Origin: Candidatus Cloacimonadales bacterium
GTDB taxonomy: Bacteria; Cloacimonadota; Cloacimonadia; Cloacimonadales; JAFGVF01
Assembly (NCBI GenBank): GCA_963677495.2
Contig: CAXXOU010000001.1
Span: 576,001-640,000, forward strand
Length of the DNA stretch: 64,000 nt
Reading direction: 5' to 3'
Shown: piece by piece, positions 8,739 through 18,232 of the stretch
Layout: every line of letters starts with the position of its first letter
Numbering within the stretch: position 1 is the stretch's first letter
Notes under the pieces: generated by a model
Database searches by the model: none
The model's input: the letters and a program-made list of their open reading frames with translations, nothing else
Told to the model about the DNA's origin: nothing
Made by a program: the position numbers and the translations under genes

Positions 8739-11700
8739 TTACTTCATTAATATCATTTTATTAGTAGCTTTATAACTATCAGTAGTCATTCTATAGAAGT
8801 AGATACCACTAGCAACTTGCTTGCCATTAGAGTCATCTCCCTTCCAAAGAACTGAATGGTTACCTTTAGTCATGACATCATTGAGTACAGTTGTAACCTT
8901 CTTACCAAGAATGTTGTAAACTTCAATCTTAACTTTACCACTTTCTTTCATAGAGAAAGCGATATTAGTTTCAGGATTGAATGGGTTTGGATAGTTACCC
9001 TGTAATGTTGTAGTGTAAACTGCAACATTATCGTTATTATCGGTAGGAGTTCCCACACCATTAACTATGACTCCACTCAATGGATTGTTAGGATCATCAC
9101 TTGTAACAGCTACCTGTTGAGAGTAGTTTTCAGTTGCTGTTGGCATGAAAACGATGTCAAAATCAAATGTATCTCCTGATTCAACAATATAAGAAATTTC
9201 ATCTGCATCAGTTCCATCTCTTCTGATCTTGAATTCAGGAAGCAATGATGTAATAGCGCCAACCATAACTTCATCACCACTATTTGTAAGTGTTACTGTT
9301 TGAGCTGACTCTTCACCAACCATAACTTCACCAAACTCAATCGCTGTTGTATCTATTGCAAATATCGGTGCACCTGGATTTTGTGGTGCCATAGGGAAAA
9401 CTATATCATCAACCCAAGCACAATCTGAACCTGAAGATGCCATCCAGTCTTTGCTATATTCCCATTTAAATGTATGGTTACCGGCCGAAACATCATATGT
9501 CTCTTGTGACCAGTTCACCGAACCTGACCATTCACCCTGTTCCTGATTATCAATATAAAATCTGAAGAAGTCGTAACTTGACTCTGATGATACTTTCTTC
9601 CAGAAAGATATCTGGCCAGCTTGTGCGATAGTCATAGTTACTTGCATAGTAGTCGTGCCATTGTTAGATATATCTGCTGTTTTTGCAGCTACTCCATCAT
9701 GACCACCATTGGCATCAATTGTCCAGTTTCCACCAGTAAATGTATATCCATAACTATCGAAGTTGTTATCAAATGTTTCCATTGTAAGACCAACAATTAC
9801 ATTATCGGATGCTTCAGTCATATAGTTTCCAGATTCTACACCATAATCAAGATTAATTGAAGTTAAGGCAGGGATTTGACTACTGAAAGCAACATTATAG
9901 TTACCAATAGCAGTTGAGCCCATACCTAATCTTGTAAAGATTGGTGATTCAGCAGGAACAATACTAACGAGAGTATTATCAAATGAAAGTGTAGTAAAAC
10001 CATTTCCAGCAGAAGCATGTCCATTGTTTGTTGCTATAAACTGAACATTCCATATCTCACCTTGGTCATACATTGAGTTTCCATTACCCAAAATTTCAGT
10101 CCAAGTTAATGCTTCTACTGATAATGCCGGAGCATTAACAGTTAAACTTTTCTCTGCTGTCCAGTTATTAGCAGGATCAATAATTGTAACTGTAACTGGA
10201 ATCATATATTGATCAGGAACACTATCACTAATTGAAACAGTAAATGCTTCATTCAACATTATTTGACCGTCAGCATCGAGTGCAGCAGTTGTAATCTCAG
10301 GTTGAGTAATAGTTACATATGGATCAGCTGAAGCGATATTCACGGTAAGTACACCGGAAGCATCAACCCCAACATTCTCTAACGTAATATTAACATCAGC
10401 AGTATTTCCATACTGTCCATCGCTAGCATTTGTAAAACTTAAATCGTTAACAATAATGTAAGCACCATCAGCTGCAACAGTTAAGACATCAGCAGTATAT
10501 GTAACTTTGTTAAAGGCTGTGACAGTTACTGTAAGATTAGTTGGTTGTAAAGGAGCAGGATCAAGTGTTACAGCCGCATTTCCTGAAGCATCAGTATAAC
10601 CTGCACCAAGTAAAGTTCCATTATCAGTAATACTTACTAAAGCAGGATTACCTGTATCAAGACCACTTACTGAAGCATTGAATACTGAAGAACCAAGGAA
10701 AAATGTAGGCATATGAGATACTGTTATATCTTCCGGTTGTCTTGTACGAACCATAAGTGATGCATCACCGAAAATATTCCAAGTTTTATACATATCAGTA
10801 CCAACACCTGCATAATTGTCCATCATCTCGCATGAACCGTTGTAATAAAGGCCACCAACTGTTGTCTTATCTTCTGCGATTAAAAGATCAGTAATCTCAT
10901 CTTGTCCTCTCATAGGAGAATCCCAGTCCTGATTAACAGAAGATGCATAAATAGCCATAGCCCCGGTAGGAGCATCACCATTAGTTGCTCTTGTCCAGCC
11001 TTCGGCAAAACATGTATTTGATACAAAATTACCATTAACACAAGCAACACTTACGATAAATGGAAGTTTGTAGTCATTTGTAAGCTGATTACAGTTGTTT
11101 ACACTGAATCCTGTTGTTGACCATGCAGTAGTAGAACCATGGCCAACATAGTTAATAAACCCACGACCAGCATTAACACTATTAGCAACATTACTTGAGC
11201 TGGCACCCGGGTCATAAATCTGGTCTACAGTATTATATCCGTAACCTAAAAGATCAGTTCTAATATTGTTCATGTGAACGATGTCAGATTCACCCATATC
11301 ACCATTACTACCACCACCTTCATCAGAAGCGATACCAATAGCATTATTCAACCAGTCATTAGTATTATCAATATCTCTTTCGTACCAGATAACTCTATCT
11401 ACCTGAGTTTCAAGTTGTGAAGTATTCTCAGCAGAGAATCTTCCAATGAAGATATCAGGATATGAATCAGTACCATTTACGAGAGCAAGAATAGGGTCAG
11501 CACCACCATTCTGTCCACTGTAATAGTGGCTTAATGCAGGCATCTGAGCTGCATCACCGGCAAGCTGAACAAAAGCAAGGTTTGGGTTACTATTATAATA
11601 GTTTTGAATAAAAGTCTGAATCTGAGATGCAGTTGTACCGATTGTAGACAACTCTACGAGCTCTGCATTCATTCCTTTCTGAATCTTCCAATCAACATAT

Positions 11701-12443
11701 TCCTGCATTAGGTCCATATACTGTGTTGGAGCGATAGCCAGAAGTGAACCTGAATCCTCAACAGGTGTATACCTGTCTGTTGTGAAATTCATGAAGTGGT
11801 TTTCATAGATAGATAAAAACTCTTTACTGTAAGTAGTAGCCTCTCTATCAAGGGTATTAACCATACTGAAACCATTGTTCTCTACTTCAACTAACAAGCG
11901 AGTATAAACTCTAAGCTTCTTTGTTACAGGATTAAATGTGAAAGGACTAAATTTAACTACAACACCACGCATATCTCTTAAAATATAAGGTTCACTAAGA
12001 GTAACTAACTCTTGTGGATAGTATGCGTTTTCATTATACATTGCACCGAATGTATAAGCTACTGTTGCAGGATCAATGTTTCTAGTAATTGAACCTTTAG
12101 AAGGTGCAACATTCATATCAAACTCTTGATATTCACTTTTTAAAATTTTTACATCAGCATTTGCTGTTGCAGGTATTATGATACTTCTGTTCATCACAGG
12201 AAGCATTGGAGCACCACTTTCCTGACTCACAGGTTCAGTGCTCATATTAATTAAATCAAATTCCTCATTGTTTATTCTTACACTATTTCTTTCGAAATCA
12301 CTTACTGATAGCGCAAGAACTGTACTGTTGTTATCTGAGGATACTAAGCGGACAGAGTTCATTCCGTTGTTTAATTCAACAGTTTCACTCAAAAGCAGAC
12401 CTGCTACCATTAATAGTAGTAAAAACAGGGTTAACTTCTTCAT
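8739..12443 (-). CDS. Gingipain-like cysteine peptidase (family C25) with propeptide, Ig-like domains and CTD
   Basis: C25 propeptide (APSKG, LSEPYILRDMRG), IGRFSA, catalytic NYVGHG and SVAC, WNIFGD, and a CTD ending KMILMK. Confidence 0.92.
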   Translation of the reverse strand: MKKLTLFLLLLMVAGLLLSETVELNNGMNSVRLVSSDNNSTVLALSVSDFERNSVRINNEEFDLINMSTEPVSQESGAPMLPVMNRSIIIPATANADVKILKSEYQEFDMNVAPSKGSITRNIDPATVAYTFGAMYNENAYYPQELVTLSEPYILRDMRGVVVKFSPFTFNPVTKKLRVYTRLLVEVENNGFSMVNTLDREATTYSKEFLSIYENHFMNFTTDRYTPVEDSGSLLAIAPTQYMDLMQEYVDWKIQKGMNAELVELSTIGTTASQIQTFIQNYYNSNPNLAFVQLAGDAAQMPALSHYYSGQNGGADPILALVNGTDSYPDIFIGRFSAENTSQLETQVDRVIWYERDIDNTNDWLNNAIGIASDEGGGSNGDMGESDIVHMNNIRTDLLGYGYNTVDQIYDPGASSSNVANSVNAGRGFINYVGHGSTTAWSTTGFSVNNCNQLTNDYKLPFIVSVACVNGNFVSNTCFAEGWTRATNGDAPTGAMAIYASSVNQDWDSPMRGQDEITDLLIAEDKTTVGGLYYNGSCEMMDNYAGVGTDMYKTWNIFGDASLMVRTRQPEDITVSHMPTFFLGSSVFNASVSGLDTGNPALVSITDNGTLLGAGYTDASGNAAVTLDPAPLQPTNLTVTVTAFNKVTYTADVLTVAADGAYIIVNDLSFTNASDGQYGNTADVNITLENVGVDASGVLTVNIASADPYVTITQPEITTAALDADGQIMLNEAFTVSISDSVPDQYMIPVTVTIIDPANNWTAEKSLTVNAPALSVEALTWTEILGNGNSMYDQGEIWNVQFIATNNGHASAGNGFTTLSFDNTLVSIVPAESPIFTRLGMGSTAIGNYNVAFSSQIPALTSINLDYGVESGNYMTEASDNVIVGLTMETFDNNFDSYGYTFTGGNWTIDANGGHDGVAAKTADISNNGTTTMQVTMTIAQAGQISFWKKVSSESSYDFFRFYIDNQEQGEWSGSVNWSQETYDVSAGNHTFKWEYSKDWMASSGSDCAWVDDIVFPMAPQNPGAPIFAIDTTAIEFGEVMVGEESAQTVTLTNSGDEVMVGAITSLLPEFKIRRDGTDADEISYIVESGDTFDFDIVFMPTATENYSQQVAVTSDDPNNPLSGVIVNGVGTPTDNNDNVAVYTTTLQGNYPNPFNPETNIAFSMKESGKVKIEVYNILGKKVTTVLNDVMTKGNHSVLWKGDDSNGKQVASGIYFYRMTTDSYKATNKMILMK

Positions 12444-12500
12444 TCTTCCTCCATGGTTTATCTCAAATTTAATCTTAATTTATCCATAACTATACATATT

Positions 12501-12518
12501 ATGCAAAAATAGTTCCTA
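12501..12518 (-). promoter_or_regulatory. Sigma54 (-24/-12) promoter of the gingipain gene
   Basis: Minus strand reads TAGGAACTATTTTTGCAT, an exact GG-N10-GC, about 60 bp upstream of the ATG. Confidence 0.6.
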
Positions 12519-12544
12519 AAACCTGATTACTAATGATTCTAGAA

Positions 12545-12557
12545 AATCAAGCTCTTA
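12545..12557 (+). promoter_or_regulatory. IHF-type binding site
   Basis: AATCAAGCTCTTA is a perfect WATCAANNNNTTR match just upstream of the sigma54 motif. Confidence 0.5.
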
Positions 12558-12607
12558 TCATTCTAGCTCTAGATAAGATATTCACCTTTTACTAGATGTC
12601 AATGTGT

Positions 12608-13225
12608 TTATATTTCTAACTCTTCAATGTTCAATCTGAAAAGATGTGCAATTTGTTCTACTGTATCATCTAAGCTTATCTCACTCTTGCCCAGTACCCA
12701 CTGCGTAATGACAAAATCTACTGTCCCAAGGAACATCATTGCATAAATCCTTGGATCTATGTCTTTAACAATATCACCCTCAGCAATAGCCTGCTTTATT
12801 ATCTCCTCAACAAAATCAATATATTCTGATATTGGGGTAAACTCAGGATACTTTTCATAAAACTCTTTACACTGACGGAGTTCCACCGTGATAAATCTAG
12901 CTACGTTAATATCTCCTGTAAACATCGCTGCATGCATTTTATAGAATTTATATAATTTCTTTACTCCTCGCTTCTCAACTGAAAGTATGCGTTTCATATA
13001 TGTTAGCTTTTTGTGAAGAAGCTCTTTCATAGCTTGAATCATTAAATCATCTTTATTTTTGAAATACAAATAGACTGTACCATCAGCGACTTTGGCTCGT
13101 TTTGCAATCTCGCCAATCTTAGCATTATGAAAACCTTTTTGACCAAAAATCTCAATTGCAGATTTCACTATTGCTTCACGTTTCTGAAGCTTCTTTTCCT
13201 GTACGGATAATTTTTTCGCTCTCAT
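12608..13225 (-). CDS. TetR/AcrR-family transcriptional regulator (FadR-like)
   Basis: HTH IAKRAKVADGTVYLYFKNKDDL. ATG at 13225 has an AAGGAG RBS (alternative start 13240). Confidence 0.9.
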   Translation of the reverse strand: MRAKKLSVQEKKLQKREAIVKSAIEIFGQKGFHNAKIGEIAKRAKVADGTVYLYFKNKDDLMIQAMKELLHKKLTYMKRILSVEKRGVKKLYKFYKMHAAMFTGDINVARFITVELRQCKEFYEKYPEFTPISEYIDFVEEIIKQAIAEGDIVKDIDPRIYAMMFLGTVDFVITQWVLGKSEISLDDTVEQIAHLFRLNIEELEI

Positions 13226-13360
13226 CTGAATCTCCTTCATATATCTCTTTTCGTCAAAAAGTATTCGCTAAAATGAATTGTCAATGTTTACTTTTAAATA
13301 TATGCTTTATAGCTACTTAATTGTTATCGTGTAATTTATATACTATACATTTAGATAGTA

Positions 13361-13389
13361 AAAGCCCCGAAATCTTTCAATTTCGGGGC
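13361..13389 (-). terminator. Rho-independent terminator
   Basis: GCCCCGAAAT-N6-ATTTCGGGGC stem plus T-tract on the minus strand. Confidence 0.8.
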
Positions 13390-13410
13390 AAACGCTAGAA
13401 TCTCATTCAG

Positions 13411-14550
13411 TTATTGAAACAACTGAACAAGTAAAAATATATAGTGTGCACAAATACCGGCAACAAATCCACCTATTGTATGTGATATAAGAGCCTTTGA
13501 TGTAAGTTCTCTGTATCCAAGAGCGTCAAGCATAGCTGTATGGGTACTTAAATATCCACTCCAACACATTCCCATAGCTGTGAAAACCGCTATCTCGTTT
13601 GCTCCGGCAATTCCTGTTTCAAGGTATCTTGGGATCAATGATAAAGCAGCACCTACAGCACCAAGAGCAGTTATTGGAAATGCTATTGCTCCCGGATGCT
13701 CGAAACCAAAGAGGTATTTAAATGGAATAGCTAGCAGACCTGCAATCTTTGGAAGCAAAGGAACTCCCTCATAAGCAAGACCCTGATAGCCTAAAGCTAT
13801 ATCTTTAGGTCCGAATGTTATAAGCATAATGAATGTACTTATTGTGAGAACACCGGGAATAATTGCCAGACCAAGATCAACCCCTGATCTACCTCCATCT
13901 AGTAATGCATTTAGAAATCTCTGAAACACTGAACCTTCAGTACTGAACGAGATATTCTTCTCTCTATTTATATCTTCATGACGTGGAATCTCATGGAACT
14001 GACTTTTAATTAAATGCTGCATAATTCTTGTTGATGTGATTGAGCCAATAATACTACCAACCAAACCAACTATAGCACTTGTAAAAAAGCCTTTACCAAT
14101 CATGAAACTTATCACGATTAAACCCATGCCAAATGCGGTTCCGAAGTTTGTTAACGATATAAGTTCGTACTTCTTGAAGTAAGCTCTGAAGTTCTTATCT
14201 TTAGCTAGACTGATAATCGCTGGATTATCAGAAAAGAACGTCATCAATGCTCCAATTGAAGCAACACCCGGAAGATTGAAGAGTGGTCTCATCAGAGGTG
14301 CAAGTATTACCTCAAGTAAACGAACAACTCCAAACTCAATCATCAGTTTACCTAAAGCACCTGCTAACACAGTGATCGCCATAATGTAAAACACTGTATT
14401 CAATAGCAGGTCATGGGCTGTATTCATAATGGAAGAAAGCAAGTGACTTGTAGTCATCTTACTGCTTAAATACCAAAGTATTCCACCGGAAAGAAGAAGA
14501 AACACAAATGCTTCATATCTTCGTCTCTGTAAAAACTTAGATTTTTTCAT
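13411..14550 (-). CDS. Multi-pass membrane protein, CD0519/CD1768-like (nucleoside-recognition Gate domain)
   Basis: Multiple TM helices; motifs FSDNPAIISLA, TNFGTAFGMG, MCWSGYLSTH. Confidence 0.7.
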   Translation of the reverse strand: MKKSKFLQRRRYEAFVFLLLSGGILWYLSSKMTTSHLLSSIMNTAHDLLLNTVFYIMAITVLAGALGKLMIEFGVVRLLEVILAPLMRPLFNLPGVASIGALMTFFSDNPAIISLAKDKNFRAYFKKYELISLTNFGTAFGMGLIVISFMIGKGFFTSAIVGLVGSIIGSITSTRIMQHLIKSQFHEIPRHEDINREKNISFSTEGSVFQRFLNALLDGGRSGVDLGLAIIPGVLTISTFIMLITFGPKDIALGYQGLAYEGVPLLPKIAGLLAIPFKYLFGFEHPGAIAFPITALGAVGAALSLIPRYLETGIAGANEIAVFTAMGMCWSGYLSTHTAMLDALGYRELTSKALISHTIGGFVAGICAHYIFLLVQLFQ

Positions 14551-14644
14551 TATCTCCACCTGTTTTATTCATTTTGCGTCAGGCATAATTTATAGGAATT
14601 TATGTCAATATTTGTATTTGTGGCTTTATGTGTCATATCGTTTA

Positions 14645-14728
14645 TGGAGTGCACCAACTGCTTAGGTGCGTCTTGTCACACAACCCGTACCTTCTTAATG
14701 GTTGAGCTTGCGAATCCTTCCGAATGGT
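14645..14728. repeat. Left-end REP-like element (unit A GGAGTGCA hairpin + unit B CCTTC..ATGGT x2), copy 1
   Basis: Close homologue at 32503-32580; inverted partial copies at 35361-35390 and 35459-35496. Confidence 0.75.
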
Positions 14729-14975
14729 ACACTTCGAAGTTGCCGATATTTGTGAAGCGGTCACCTGTACGACTGATAAGGAGTTTGGGGAATTGCGTTT
14801 TATGTTGAATGACTTCTTGCGTACTTGTAGTGCGAGTTACCCCACTTCCTCATATCTCGGAAGAGCTATAGGTTTTCCGCATTTCCCCGAGCTCGTAAAC
14901 TCGCAATGGTGACTGCTAACGTCACTTTACCACCATCATTCTGCCAATCGGTCGTTCAAGGTAAAAAACATACTT

Positions 14976-17360
14976 CTACTTCATCAATACCATCTTAGTA
15001 GTAAAACTTTTATCCGTACTCTTCATCTTGCAGAAATATATCCCAGATGATACTGTTCTATTATCTTCATCTTTGCCGTTCCATACAATGCGATGCTCTC
15101 CTATCTCCATCTCCTCATCAGATAAAGTCCTGATTCTTTGCCCTTTCACATTGTAGATGGCAATTTCAACTTTCGATTTCACCGGTATAGTAAATGAGAT
15201 ATTAGTTGTGGGATTAAACGGATTAGGGTAATTAGCCAGACTGTATGGTTCAAGACTTGTAACATTATCTTGTGCATTTGTATACCCGGGGAACTCATAA
15301 CACCCTATATCAATACTGCTTCCATAAATCCTATCCTCACCGGCAAGATCATATAAAGGGAACTCGTAGTTTGCAGGGAATAGTGATAAATCCATTGTCC
15401 CTGCATCTATAGCAGGAGAAGGTCCCACTTCTGTATCATCTCCGGATAGATAGTAGTATTCAGGGAATGCCGGATCACCACCTACAAATAATGGATCTGT
15501 TCCAATTAGGTTATCTGAGCCAAAATCAATTGGTTCATCTTGATAAACTTGATAAATATCTTCAGTTCTTGAAAATAAATTGAAATTGATGTTTGTACCC
15601 CTAAAGCAATAGAAATCGAAATTAAATCCAGTATTGTTTACAACAATGTTATTGTAGAACCTATCTATTGAATCATCAATCATAAAGTATGAATTATCAC
15701 TTCCACTATTATTAGCAAAAGTACTATTTACTATTGATACATTAGAAAATCCACCAAAGATATCAAATACTGATGGTGCCTGAGAAGTATAATTATTTGC
15801 ATAAAGGCAACTATCTATTAATAATGTTGGTGATGTCGTTAATGTAAAATGTCTGAAAGTAGCATATCCACCTAAACCATTATGCTCATTGTTAATGAAC
15901 TTTGAATTGATTATGTGTATTGAGTTTCTGGCATATATATCGTATAAACCACAAGCTTGAGCAACATCTTGGATAGGAATACTACCAGCAATGTTATTTG
16001 TCATTGTAACATTACTCATTTTTATTGATTCGATATAAGCCTTTACAATTGTTCCCCATCTTGCAAAATTATTTCGGAGAATCGTATTTTTGATTTCTAT
16101 ATTTGTCTCATTACTATTGAAATTTAAAATCCCATAATTAGTTTCAGAGTTTTCAACTATAGCATTATTTATAGTGGAGTTATTAGTTGCATATGAGCAA
16201 ATTGCTGGTGCATTTAAGCTTGTTACACTTAAATCTTTAATCAACATGTTATTTTGATTTGAACCAAATGAAACAGCCCCAGACACAGGAGTATCTACAA
16301 AATCTTCGGCAAAGACATGTGTGAGATTCGGGGATGTACCTTGTAATATTGTGTTTTCTTTTAAAACAATTGATACACCTTGTCCATTTATCTCTTCAAA
16401 GAAATCACCTTCTAACAGATGCACCGTTAGAGGATTATCATCACTGGGATTCAACTGTTGAAAAGCCTTCCAAGTAGTTCTTAAAGGATTTTCAGGAGTT
16501 AAACCGGAATTAGTATCATCTCCACTCATAGACACATATAGGTCATTCTCAATTGGTGATATGAATGTTCGTTCGATATCAAACACAGGAAACGGATAAT
16601 CACCTACTTGAGAATAGGTATTAACATAATAACTTGTAGGCTCGTACCATGTAAACATGTCTAAATAGATATCTAATGCAAATCCATGAGTAAAACACCA
16701 GCCAATGTCCATGCCCTGAGGACTATAGTTATTGAATATGCTACAGCGATTATATTGATCAAAAATGATTTGAGAATAGTCAGTACTATTGCTCATAAAG
16801 CACACACCCCCACCTATAAATCTTCCAATGTTATTATATACATTGATATTGCTCATAGTGCAAGCAACGTTTTCAAAAGCAAAACAGATTCCTCCCCCTT
16901 GTGATGCTTGGTTATTATAAATATTTAAATTCATTAAATCTAACTCAATACTATTATGTAAAAACAATCCTCCACCAAAAACTTGCCAGCTATCAATATC
17001 ATCACTATCCCAATAAATATATCCTCGACCACCGGTTATTGAAAACCCTCTAATTGTACAATTAGTTAGGTTTTCGTAGCATAATATGGTTGAATTTTCT
17101 TCGTTGGAGCCGTCAATAATGGTATCTGCAATATAAGTAGTATCACCAGTAGTAGCTTCCAATGTGCACAATGTGACATTAGATTTATTACTAAACTCAA
17201 TATTCTCAAGATATGTACCGGGATGTACCAAAACGGTATCTCCGGTTACAGAGAGATCAATCCCCTCTTGTATAGTTGCATAATCCATCGGAATGTTAAT
17301 TATGTTAGCGAGTAGTAGAATTGGTAAAAGCATTAGTAGTAAAAGAAAGCTTCTTTTCAT
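14976..17360 (-). CDS. Secreted parallel beta-helix / DUF1565-like protein with CTD (~794 aa)
   Basis: Signal peptide from ATG 17360 (MKRSFLLLL); TIQEGI..GDTVLVHPGTYLENI; LYVSMSGDDTNSG; SPAIDAG..IDIGCYE; CTD. Confidence 0.8.
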   Translation of the reverse strand: MKRSFLLLLMLLPILLLANIINIPMDYATIQEGIDLSVTGDTVLVHPGTYLENIEFSNKSNVTLCTLEATTGDTTYIADTIIDGSNEENSTILCYENLTNCTIRGFSITGGRGYIYWDSDDIDSWQVFGGGLFLHNSIELDLMNLNIYNNQASQGGGICFAFENVACTMSNINVYNNIGRFIGGGVCFMSNSTDYSQIIFDQYNRCSIFNNYSPQGMDIGWCFTHGFALDIYLDMFTWYEPTSYYVNTYSQVGDYPFPVFDIERTFISPIENDLYVSMSGDDTNSGLTPENPLRTTWKAFQQLNPSDDNPLTVHLLEGDFFEEINGQGVSIVLKENTILQGTSPNLTHVFAEDFVDTPVSGAVSFGSNQNNMLIKDLSVTSLNAPAICSYATNNSTINNAIVENSETNYGILNFNSNETNIEIKNTILRNNFARWGTIVKAYIESIKMSNVTMTNNIAGSIPIQDVAQACGLYDIYARNSIHIINSKFINNEHNGLGGYATFRHFTLTTSPTLLIDSCLYANNYTSQAPSVFDIFGGFSNVSIVNSTFANNSGSDNSYFMIDDSIDRFYNNIVVNNTGFNFDFYCFRGTNINFNLFSRTEDIYQVYQDEPIDFGSDNLIGTDPLFVGGDPAFPEYYYLSGDDTEVGPSPAIDAGTMDLSLFPANYEFPLYDLAGEDRIYGSSIDIGCYEFPGYTNAQDNVTSLEPYSLANYPNPFNPTTNISFTIPVKSKVEIAIYNVKGQRIRTLSDEEMEIGEHRIVWNGKDEDNRTVSSGIYFCKMKSTDKSFTTKMVLMK

Positions 17361-17377
17361 AGTCACGACCTTTTCAG

Positions 17378-17420
17378 GACACAATATTTGGAAGCTTCTG
17401 CAGATTCAAAATATTGGGTC
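17378..17420 (-). promoter_or_regulatory. Conserved 5' leader hairpin, copy 1
   Basis: GACCCAATATTTTGAA-TCTGCAGAAGC-TTCCAAATATTGTGTC; homologue at 47202-47245. Confidence 0.65.
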
Positions 17421-17530
17421 AATGTCTTTTAGTTTATTCGCTACATATATTTTCTATGTGTCAAGAATAAAAGCAAGACTTCTGGTTTCTTCTTGCAGAA
17501 GATTAACTATCATAGATTAAATTCAGGTCA

Positions 17531-17769
17531 GTGGAGCTTGCCGACTTCGTCGTCACAGCAACTCGGGAGAGTCGCAGTACAACGTAGGGCATGCAGCCTG
17601 CTTGCTCACAGCTCGATAGAGCTGTATTCCCCGCGACAGAACTTGATTATATTTACTAAAGAACTTTAGTAGTTTATGCCAATTAACGTCAGTGGCTGGG
17701 CTTAGCTGCGCTAAGCGGACTAAGCTGGCAGCGTGTCCTACGTTTCGACGTGCAACGTCATTGTACTGC
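17531..17769. repeat. Highly structured GTAG-type REP doublet (REPIN-like) or structured RNA
   Basis: Arms 17583-17603 and 17722-17742 (GTAG..CTAC); outer pair 17574-17582/17761-17769; several internal hairpins. Confidence 0.55.
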
Positions 17770-17800
17770 TCTGCCTTAATTCCAATGAGACACCTATTGA

Positions 17801-17833
17801 ATCCCCGTTAGCTTCCCGTTAGATCCCCGTTAC
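17801..17833. repeat. 11-bp periodic array of TCCCCGTTAG, copy 1
   Basis: atccccgttag cttcccgttag atccccgttac; homologue at 35118-35162. Confidence 0.75.
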
Positions 17834-18002
17834 AGCGAATGGGATTCGGATTGGTTTCTGATAGTGTAGAGATACTTGATAGTTTACGATTGTGAGAGAG
17901 CAATCAAACACTAGGTCCAGCCCTGTCCACCAGGTCCATAACTCAGATAAACCTGAACAAATATATTCCCGCAAAAGATAAGATTATTAGCATCATTTTC
18001 CC

Positions 18003-18095
18003 CTCATTGCACTATCATAATAAAGCAGAGAAAACTGTCCGATTCCAGGGAGTCTCTTGGGGCTCTCTGGGGCAGGAGCATAAGAGACTGCTAGA
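18003..18095. repeat. Right-end element with AGTCTCTT-N23-AAGAGACT inverted repeat, copy 1
   Basis: Homologous to 35506-35600, with the same arms and the same 23-nt spacer length. Confidence 0.7.
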
Positions 18096-18232
18096 AAAGT
18101 AGGCAGAAAGGGATAGTAATTAACCCCGAATAGTGAGAGTCTGATGATAGACAGATGTCTGATTTCTAAACGTGCGAAATCAACTTGTAGAGGTACAACG
18201 ACTAGTTATGAGATGAAAAACCTAATTCTATA

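Noticed and set aside
14602..14912. Short ORFs 14602..14808 and 14724..14912 (likewise 32702..32887, 35518..35721, 59531..59791)
   Set aside because: They overlie palindromic repeats or promoters and show no clear RBS or recognisable motif.
14976..17384. Identical 802-aa length of the two beta-helix paralogues
   Set aside because: Coincidence: the first gene probably starts at 17360 (~794 aa), since the called start lies within the leader hairpin.
14600..18230. tRNA, tmRNA, RNase P or SRP genes (including tRNA-Sec) in the structured intergenic regions
   Set aside because: I found no cloverleaf/T-loop, CCA end or RNase P GAGGAAAGTCC hallmark by eye.
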